DNA of 64,000 nucleotides from Giardia intestinalis (Eukaryota): NCBI GenBank assembly GCA_000002435.2, contig CM018793.1; one strand, 5' to 3'. Shown piece by piece: positions 57,495 to 64,000 of this stretch (position 1 is its first letter; each line of letters starts with the position of its first letter). The notes under the pieces were generated by a model. It saw only the letters and a program-made list of their open reading frames with translations, ran no database searches and was not told where the DNA came from. The position numbers and the translations under genes were made by a program.

Positions 57495-60400
57495 TCACGC
57501 CTTCCCTCTACATATGAACCACCAGCAGAGGAAGCCCACGAGGCCCCCCACGACAACGACCACAGCCACGGAGATGCCCGCGATGGCCCCCGTGGAGAGC
57601 CCGCTCTTGTTGACGCTTCCGCCGGTGTTGTCGCCAGTGCCGTCGCCCATCACGAAGCACATGAACGCACCGGTGGATGACACCGTGCACTGCCTGCACC
57701 CAGCGAGCCCCTCAGAGCACGGATTACACTTTGTCCCAGCACTCTGCGGTTTGTAATATCCAGTGCTGCATGTAGCACAGGCGTTAGCGTCGTTAGCAGC
57801 CGTGCATGTCTCGCAGCTAAGATGGCACCTTTTATTGGAACAATCGCCATTATCAGCCGTTAGACCACTGGCACATTTTGTACATTTTCCTCCCTGCACT
57901 GTAGTACACACTTGCTTGCCAGGCTGTCTATCTGTCTGATAGCAACCGCCATCTTTGAGGAAGTAGTTATTTTCACATTGAGTGCATGCTCCATTACTCA
58001 CCGTAGTGCAAAATCGTGTTCGCGTATTGGCCGCACAGTTGCCATCCAGTGGTGCCTGTTGAGTGTTCTTGCACTTTGAGCAGTATGCAGTTCCTCCTAT
58101 CTGAGCCCCACACTCTGCGCATCCATCGTTTGTAGAACTCACGCTGCACTGGTTCATGCACGTGCCCCCATTGGCAGGAGTATCAGCATCTGTATACTGA
58201 AGCATCCTCCCAGCAGGACAAGCCGTACACTTATCAGCGCCCTCACCCTTGCACTCTACGCACGCATCGTTGCACTTCTTGCACTTTCTGTCAGTGTCAT
58301 TTCCGTAGTAGCCCTTGAGGGTCGTGCAGTCAGATACGCATTGACTGGTTGGGGTGAGGTAGTACTCAGACAGACACTTTGTACAGACCTCCTTATCGGC
58401 ACCTTCACTGGTGCACTCCAAACAGTGCTCTGTGTTACAGTTACTGATTGGTTGGCATTCAGTCGATTCAGTATTAGGTTGGAGTCCTTCGTTGCACTCG
58501 CACACTTGGCTATCCTGTCCGGTGGCCTTGGGGGTAGAGTTAGCAGGGCAACTAGCAACGCACGACTTTCTGTTGAGACCAAAGATGGTCTTCGTATCAG
58601 TCGTACACGTCTTACAAACCACTCCGTTGGCGCCTTTCTCACAAGTGGTGCAGTCAGTTGTTCCAGCCGACACACATGTATTGCACTCCTTTGCTTCTTC
58701 ATCAACGTAGTGGGTTGCCGGACAACCAGCTGTGTCAACGCACGTGCCGGTTGTGGACTCGCCATCCTTCTTCAGGTACTTCTTGGTCCCAGACGTTTTA
58801 CACAGGCTGCACTTCTGTTGCTCCTTGGCCACGCACACAGCGCAATTATCATCTGCACACGCGGTGCACTTCTTCTCGGTAGCGTCGATGAAGAAGCCCT
58901 CCTCATTAGTACACGCCTCTGCGCTAACACAGCTGGGTGCATCGCCAGCTTTAAAGTAGAATCCATCAACACACTCCCCACATATATTGTCCACCACACA
59001 GCTCTTGCAATCACCCACAGAGCATGTCACACACCCACTGCCGTCCTTGTTGGGCACCTTACCACTGTCACAGGAGGTACACACAGCGGCAGTCATACCA
59101 CCATCAGACAGAGCTGTTGGGGCCGTGCATGCTGAGCAGTTGAGTACCCCAACGTATGCCTTAGCATTGTCTTGAGTACCTATTAGTGTGCCTAATGGGT
59201 TACCACATGCTAGTACAGACTGCTGAGCATTGGTTGCCTCTGGGACTACGAAGTATCTATTGTTGGCCGCTTCTGTGCATATCCCAGTATTACCTGCTGT
59301 CTTGCACATATGACTACCTGGTTCTTGACCAACCTTGTAACAGCCATTCATGTATAAGAAGTACCCTTGAGCACACTGTGTACATGTATGACTGTTACAA
59401 GTATTACCTTTCTTATCAGTAGCACAGATGCCATCAATTGGTACCTTAGTACTCTCCCCACAGTATGAGCAATAGTGAAGCTCCTTTCCATCAGCACCGA
59501 TCACTATGGCATCACAAGAGCCAGCTGTCCCCCCACAAGCAGTCTCATCCTCGCAGGTCTTCTCTGTGCATGTATAGTTGTCTGAGGTTCCAACGGGCTT
59601 CCTGTTAGGCTTGCACTTTGTACACTTGAGGGATCCTGCAGGACCAGTGCACTCAGCACATCCATCGATGCCCTCCTGTGCATTATCACAAGGAAGGCAC
59701 TCACCAGTAGGACCACTGCCTTTCATGAAGAATCCAGGCTTGCATTTAGTACACTGATTATTGCCAGCTTGAGTGCAGGTGGCGCAATTCTCGCCACAGA
59801 CTGTGCATGTAGCGGTACCACTACCACTATTTGCGCTATTGTAGTATCCGTCGAGGCATGTCTTGCACTGAGGATTTGTACCAGAATTAGCTTTAGAGCA
59901 TGTGCTACAACCAAGAACACCTGTATTGCCAGGGGTTGAATCTACATTATTACTGCAGAGAATGCACTTTTTGTTCGGTTCAGTTAGAAAGTTCGGACCA
60001 TCGTTCCCGTTTTGGGTACAAGCCCCCTCAGCAATGCAGGTGGTCGTCCCGTCGGCCTCTTCTTTGACTATCTTACCAGTACATGTCAGGCACTTCGGCT
60101 TCTGCAGCGTCGTATCATACTCACATGTGTCGCATCCATCTATCCCCACTTCTTGAGCGTTACAAGCTGTGCACTTGCCGGTGCTTGGGTCGGGGTACTT
60201 ATTTCCAGTGCATTGACCAGCCTCTACGCAAGTGTTAGTATCAGTCTTCAGGAACGTATTTCCCTTACAAGAGGTACAGTGGGTCGCCTCAGTCTCACAG
60301 GTGGCACAGTTCCCTTGGCACTTCTCACATGTCTGAGCGTTCTTATAGTATCCATCTCTGCAGGTATCACACGTGGCCGCTCCTGGACTACCACTTGGTG

Positions 60401-60569
60401 CCGTACATGTGGCGCAGTTAGCCACCCCTGTATATCCATCTGCCCCATTGACATCATGACAGAGGATGCACTCGCTACCCTTCTCTGGTGTTGCAGCCGG
60501 GTTCTTGAACAGGCCGTTATCTGCCTTACAAGCAGTGCACACTCCACTACTGGCCTTTGTGCATATCAC
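57495..60569 (-). CDS. VSP-family ORF, 1024 codons, mosaic, intact frame with TM + CRGKA but no ATG or signal peptide
   Basis: Ends '...NKSGLSTGAIAGISVAVVVVVGGLVGFLCWWFICRGKA'. GGCY motifs 'GYFLYMNGCYKV' and 'NNYFLKDGGCYQT'. The 'M' is GTG (plus 'cac' 60567-60569), with an in-frame TAG at 60576-60578. The N-terminal 520 or so codons are collinear with the other units. Codons about 520-990 (roughly 59000->57610) are a divergent cysteine-rich block absent from the other copies. Confidence 0.6.
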   Translation of the reverse strand: MICTKASSGVCTACKADNGLFKNPAATPEKGSECILCHDVNGADGYTGVANCATCTAPSGSPGAATCDTCRDGYYKNAQTCEKCQGNCATCETEATHCTSCKGNTFLKTDTNTCVEAGQCTGNKYPDPSTGKCTACNAQEVGIDGCDTCEYDTTLQKPKCLTCTGKIVKEEADGTTTCIAEGACTQNGNDGPNFLTEPNKKCILCSNNVDSTPGNTGVLGCSTCSKANSGTNPQCKTCLDGYYNSANSGSGTATCTVCGENCATCTQAGNNQCTKCKPGFFMKGSGPTGECLPCDNAQEGIDGCAECTGPAGSLKCTKCKPNRKPVGTSDNYTCTEKTCEDETACGGTAGSCDAIVIGADGKELHYCSYCGESTKVPIDGICATDKKGNTCNSHTCTQCAQGYFLYMNGCYKVGQEPGSHMCKTAGNTGICTEAANNRYFVVPEATNAQQSVLACGNPLGTLIGTQDNAKAYVGVLNCSACTAPTALSDGGMTAAVCTSCDSGKVPNKDGSGCVTCSVGDCKSCVVDNICGECVDGFYFKAGDAPSCVSAEACTNEEGFFIDATEKKCTACADDNCAVCVAKEQQKCSLCKTSGTKKYLKKDGESTTGTCVDTAGCPATHYVDEEAKECNTCVSAGTTDCTTCEKGANGVVCKTCTTDTKTIFGLNRKSCVASCPANSTPKATGQDSQVCECNEGLQPNTESTECQPISNCNTEHCLECTSEGADKEVCTKCLSEYYLTPTSQCVSDCTTLKGYYGNDTDRKCKKCNDACVECKGEGADKCTACPAGRMLQYTDADTPANGGTCMNQCSVSSTNDGCAECGAQIGGTAYCSKCKNTQQAPLDGNCAANTRTRFCTTVSNGACTQCENNYFLKDGGCYQTDRQPGKQVCTTVQGGKCTKCASGLTADNGDCSNKRCHLSCETCTAANDANACATCSTGYYKPQSAGTKCNPCSEGLAGCRQCTVSSTGAFMCFVMGDGTGDNTGGSVNKSGLSTGAIAGISVAVVVVVGGLVGFLCWWFICRGKA

Positions 60570-60570
60570 A

Positions 60571-60614
60571 CTCCACTATCACCCTCTATCACCCATTATC
60601 ACACACTATCACAC
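60571..60614 (-). repeat. Inter-unit short tandem repeat, GTGATAR-type (about 4 copies)
   Basis: Plus strand reads 'ctccactatcaccctctatcacccattatcacacactatcacac'. Confidence 0.65.
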
Positions 60615-60624
60615 ATTGTATAGC

Positions 60625-60631
60625 ATTCACT
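60625..60631 (-). terminator. Putative polyadenylation signal AGTGAAT after the TGA of the complete VSP
   Basis: Plus strand 'attcact' 60625-60631. Stop 'tca' 60639-60641. Sense strand reads GGG AAG GCA TGA ctcaggtAGTGAATgc. Confidence 0.6.
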
Positions 60632-60638
60632 ACCTGAG

Positions 60639-62885
60639 TCATGCCTTCCCTCTACATATGAACCACCAGCAGAGGAAGCCCACGAGGCCCCCCACGACGA
60701 CGACCACAGCGACGGAGATCCCCGCGATGGCCCCCGTGGAGAGCCCGCTCCTGTTGGTGCCAGAGGACACACACATGCCATCCCTCGGGACATAGCCCTC
60801 CTCGCACTCCCCGCAGACGCCCTCTGCGCTGCACCGCATGCACCTCTCTATGTCACAGACAATGCACTGGGTGCCGTCCAGGCTGGGTCTCTGGTCTTTA
60901 TTGGTACATGCCTCACACTTGTTGTCTGCGCTGCAGTGAGAGCAGCCCTGGGCCGGACACACATAGCAGGTGCTTCCAGCCATGTTGGGCTTCTTATTGT
61001 CCTCAGCACACACCTCGCACATCCCGTCGATGGCGCAGCTCTTGCACCCGCCGACCGCACACAGGGTGCACCCGCTGCCATCCTTGTTGGGCTTCTTCGT
61101 CTTGTCGCACGCACTACAGACCGCCGCGGCCATCGCATTGGCGGCTGGCGCCTGCGGGGCCGCGCACGCCGTGCAGTCTAGCACGCCGACGTACGCCTTG
61201 TCGCCCGCGGTCGCTCCCACAGGGTTGCCACAGGCAAGCACGGACTGCTGAGCAGCAGAGTCCCCAGGAATCTTGAAGTAGCGCCCGACCGGTGTGGTGC
61301 AGAACCCACTTGGAGCCGCAGAGCACATGAGGTTGCCAGGAGCCTTCGACACATCATAGCAACCACCCATATAGAGGAAGTAGTTGTTGGTGCACCGCGT
61401 ACATACGCCATCGGCGCAGGTATTACCTGCAAGTGCATTGGTGCACTTCCCATTAATAGGGCCATAGCCGGCGCCAACACACTTTGAACAGTAAGAGAGC
61501 ATGCTGCCGTCGTTGCCGACCACGATGGCGTCGCAGGCCCCTGCTGTCCCCCCGCATGCAGTCTCATCTTCACAGGTCTTTGTACACGTATAGTCATCCC
61601 CTGCTCCTCCATTGGACTGCTTCTTATAGTTAGGCTTACATTCAGTGCACTTAAATCCACCGTTGCTAGAACATAGACTGCACCCTTCGCGGCCACCATC
61701 TGGTGTACTGTCGCATGCAGCACACTTCGTTTCACCCTCGGTTTTTAGGAAGTACCCAGGAAGGCACTCAGTACAAGTTGACACATCAGCTGACGTGCAG
61801 GTGGCACAGTTGGAGGCACAAGCCGAACAAGTCTTTGATGACTGTTCAAAGAAGTATCCATCCAAACAACTTGTGCATTCTGGTTTCTGACTTTGCTGCT
61901 TAGTACATGTCTTACACCCGGCAATCCCCTTATCGTTTGCGCCAGCGCCAGGGGACGCATCGCCGCAAAGGGCGCATGTGGTATCGTCCTTCATAAATAA
62001 GGCCCCGTCAGCGCCCTTGCACCCGTCAAGCGTTTTATCGACGCAGGTCGAGGTCCCATCAAGGGTCGTCCTGGGGGTCTTCTGACTACCGCAGGCTGTG
62101 CACTGAGGCTTCCCCGTGGCCTTGTCGAAGGAGCATTCTGTGCAATCAGTTATTGTACTACATGCCTTGCACTTCCCCGACTCTGGGTCAGGATAAACGG
62201 TGTTTGTGCATTCTCCTTCTGCCACACAGCTATTGCCGTCCTTCAGATAGAAGCCCGCTTTACAAGAGGTACACTGGGTCGCCGATGTCTCACAAGTGGC
62301 GCAGTTCCCCTGGCATTGTACACATGCGCCTTTAGCATCTTTATAATATCCATCTTGGCATTCTGTACACGTGGCAGCCCCCTTGTTACTGTCTGACTTG
62401 GTACACTGTGCGCAGTTCTCTACTCCCGTATATCCATCTGCTCCCTTGATATCAGAGCACAGGATGCACTCACTACCAGGCTTCGGTGCTGTAGCCGGGT
62501 TCTTGAACAGGCCGTTATCTGTCTTACAAGTAGTACACACTCCATCACTGGCCTTTGTACATATCTCACTGCCAGGATCTTGTCCTACCTTGTAGCACCC
62601 TCCCATGAAGAGGAAGTACCCGTCGCCGCACTTCCCGCAGGTGGTTGCCGTCTTGTCGAGGGTAGCCCCGTCTTCCTCGGTGCACCCGGCTGCCGCGGCC
62701 TGGGGGGAGCCGGGGGGCCAGCAGAAGCCGTCGACCGGGACGCCCCCGGCCCTGCACTGGGTGCAAATCTCGGTGGCCCCGACCGTCTCGCACTTATTCT
62801 GTGCGCAGGTCGCTGTATGGTTCCCGTCTGGCTGGCAGGCCGCCATGAGCGCGCTCGCCACGAACAGGGGTATCAGTTGGAACAT
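60639..62885 (-). CDS. vsp: Complete variant-specific surface protein (VSP), 748 aa: signal peptide, Cys-rich CXXC/GGCY ectodomain, TM helix, CRGKA tail
   Basis: ORF 60639..63074 (-) contains an internal Met followed by a classic signal peptide 'MFQLIPLFVASALMAACQ' (ATG at plus 62883-62885). The 63 codons upstream are a G/R/P-rich ORF extension with no signal peptide. The protein has about 12% Cys as CXXC, GGCY motifs ('GYFLFMGGCYKV', 'NNYFLYMGGCYDV') and ends 'GLSTGAIAGISVAVVVVVGGLVGFLCWWFICRGKA'. An AGTGAAT polyA signal lies 8 nt after the stop. This matches the established architecture of Giardia VSPs. Confidence 0.85.
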   Translation of the reverse strand: MFQLIPLFVASALMAACQPDGNHTATCAQNKCETVGATEICTQCRAGGVPVDGFCWPPGSPQAAAAGCTEEDGATLDKTATTCGKCGDGYFLFMGGCYKVGQDPGSEICTKASDGVCTTCKTDNGLFKNPATAPKPGSECILCSDIKGADGYTGVENCAQCTKSDSNKGAATCTECQDGYYKDAKGACVQCQGNCATCETSATQCTSCKAGFYLKDGNSCVAEGECTNTVYPDPESGKCKACSTITDCTECSFDKATGKPQCTACGSQKTPRTTLDGTSTCVDKTLDGCKGADGALFMKDDTTCALCGDASPGAGANDKGIAGCKTCTKQQSQKPECTSCLDGYFFEQSSKTCSACASNCATCTSADVSTCTECLPGYFLKTEGETKCAACDSTPDGGREGCSLCSSNGGFKCTECKPNYKKQSNGGAGDDYTCTKTCEDETACGGTAGACDAIVVGNDGSMLSYCSKCVGAGYGPINGKCTNALAGNTCADGVCTRCTNNYFLYMGGCYDVSKAPGNLMCSAAPSGFCTTPVGRYFKIPGDSAAQQSVLACGNPVGATAGDKAYVGVLDCTACAAPQAPAANAMAAAVCSACDKTKKPNKDGSGCTLCAVGGCKSCAIDGMCEVCAEDNKKPNMAGSTCYVCPAQGCSHCSADNKCEACTNKDQRPSLDGTQCIVCDIERCMRCSAEGVCGECEEGYVPRDGMCVSSGTNRSGLSTGAIAGISVAVVVVVGGLVGFLCWWFICRGKA

Positions 62886-63900
62886 TAGAGGGTCCCCTGC
62901 TGTGGCCTCTACCCCGTCTGTGGCTACCCAGCACGGCACACGGGGGGAGCGCTGTTCCACCCCTGCCTTGGAGGCCCCTGTCTCGACTCGGCCCACAGCA
63001 CCAGAGCGTGGTGGTCTTCCACTCTTGGGCGCCGCACAGCCCGTCTCCGTGCCCAAGCGGCTCACCCCAGGCACTCATACGACGGAGACCCCCGCGGCAG
63101 TGCTACCGGCAGGCGGGCTGTGCTGATGTCCGGCCCGGCGCAGAGCTCAGAGGGCTCAGAAGGTCATGGCTCCTTTGGTGTCTGCTATGTCATTCTCCTT
63201 GCTCGGTTGACATGCGCGCTGCTAAGAGGGCCCTCATTCACTCGAGCTCATGCCCCCCTGTGGTGACTCTGCTCGACCATCAGCGAGGGTCCCGGTCCTC
63301 CTCCCAATAGGCCGGCCTCAGGTCCCCCGTGATCTGCCAGACCGGGCAGAGCGATCGCGGCGCCCATCAGAGCCTGAGCCGACGGGGCCCGCAGTGCAGT
63401 GCGCCTGGACCCACGGAGATCGTTCACCCGCCCAGTGGGCCACAGCTTCCCCTGCCCTGCTGACAGTCCTCCAGCGAGGGGCATGTCGTTGTGGGGCAGT
63501 CTTCTCGTCCTGCCGTGCACACAGGGCCCAACCGGTGGCCGTCGGACAGTCCCGATGGCATGCCTGAAGCCCCGCCACGGCAAGAGGGCAGCACACGGGG
63601 CGGCCCCTACGCTGCTACAGATTGCAATGGCAGCAGAGACCCCCTGCCCGAGAGGCCCGTGCATTGGCTGTGGCGGCCATCCACTCCATGCGGGCCCGGT
63701 GCGGCGCTCCTGGAGAGCCCTTGCCTCCGGTGGTGCTGACAGGGCTCCCGAGGTACTAAGGCGTCAGACGAGGGACGGGGCCGAGCAGGACTCCCGGCCC
63801 GCATGCAGATGTCTCTGCTGTCTGCCCGGTCCTGTAGAGACCCGAGCCACCAGACATCTACATCTCGGATGGCGGTGCTTCGGGCTACCTAAGACGACCC
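62886..63900. other. GC-rich (about 65-70%) non-coding-looking region 5' of the complete VSP; no convincing ORF
   Basis: All ORFs here are R/P/A/G-rich on both strands, as expected for random GC-rich DNA. There is no AT-rich initiator-like element immediately upstream of the ATG (the sense strand reads ...gccacagcaggggaccctctaATG). Confidence 0.4.
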
Positions 63901-64000
63901 TCCAGTCGCTAGACTCCCTCTGAGTCTAAATCGTTGTCTGCAAGGTGAATAGCAACTACATAGAATATTGGCAGCTGTAGAGTACTTAGCTGTTGGCGCA

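Noticed and set aside
58341-59135. Long plus-strand ORFs (for example 58341..59135 of 264 aa, 60012..60623 of 203 aa, 62605..63126 of 173 aa, 56611..57051 of 146 aa) antisense to the VSP units
   Set aside because: They are S/T/H/L-rich with no domain character and lie exactly opposite confident minus-strand VSP reading frames. They are by-products of the biased codon composition of VSP genes, not genes.
62886-63074. A 63-codon N-terminal extension of the 811-aa ORF (MPGVSRLGTETGCAAPKSGRPPRSG...)
   Set aside because: It is G/R/P-rich with no signal peptide. The internal Met at 62885 is followed by a textbook signal peptide (MFQLIPLFVASALMAACQ), so the extension is an upstream open frame in GC-rich DNA, not coding.
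63399-63923. A 174-aa plus-strand ORF (and overlapping ORFs on both strands) in the GC-rich 5' flank
   Set aside because: Amino-acid composition is dominated by R/P/A/G, and overlapping ORFs occur on both strands, as expected by chance in 65-70% GC DNA. There are no recognisable motifs.
51833-64000. A prokaryotic defence or other novel bacterial system, as the task framing suggests
   Set aside because: There is no bacterial gene structure (no RBS or operon-like diverse functions). The content is a single eukaryotic antigen gene family with Giardia-specific hallmarks, namely the CRGKA tail and the AGTRAAY polyA signal.

Overview
Only 51833..64000 (about 12.2 kb) of this window is real sequence; 1..51832 is an unbroken run of N. 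The sequenced part is eukaryotic, not prokaryotic. It is a head-to-tail array of Giardia variant-specific surface protein (VSP) genes on the minus strand. The evidence is cysteine-rich ORFs full of CXXC motifs, GGCY motifs (YFLYMGGCYKV), a C-terminal transmembrane helix and the invariant cytoplasmic tail CRGKA. Each stop codon is followed about 8 nt later by AGTGAAT, which matches the Giardia polyadenylation consensus AGTRAAY.

Reading 5'->3' on the minus strand, the array is:
- a complete VSP (62885->60639) with an ATG and a signal peptide;
- a 1024-codon VSP unit (60569->57495) and a 618-codon VSP unit (57419->55563), both intact open frames but with no ATG and no signal peptide. Each begins right after an in-frame TAG fused to the previous unit's 3' UTR, and the 'M' in the ORF track is a GTG;
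- a truncated VSP fragment (55511->54231), cut at codon ...AAQQ by about 880 bp of unrelated, lower-GC DNA (53351..54230);
- a diverged TM/CRGKA remnant (53350->53255), then a heavily frameshifted VSP pseudogene (53194->51833) that runs into the gap.

Units are separated by only about 75 bp, which hold the polyA signal and 3 to 5 copies of a roughly 10-bp GTGATAR-type repeat. The region 5' of the complete gene (62886..about 63900) and the gene's first 165 or so codons are markedly GC-rich (about 65-70%), against about 50% for the repeated VSP body, and they lack the AT-rich initiator usual for Giardia. The most interesting signal is the cassette-like architecture: one expressible VSP followed by startless but open VSP copies and mosaic gene-conversion blocks. 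Antigenic variation in Giardia is normally regarded as not requiring DNA rearrangement.
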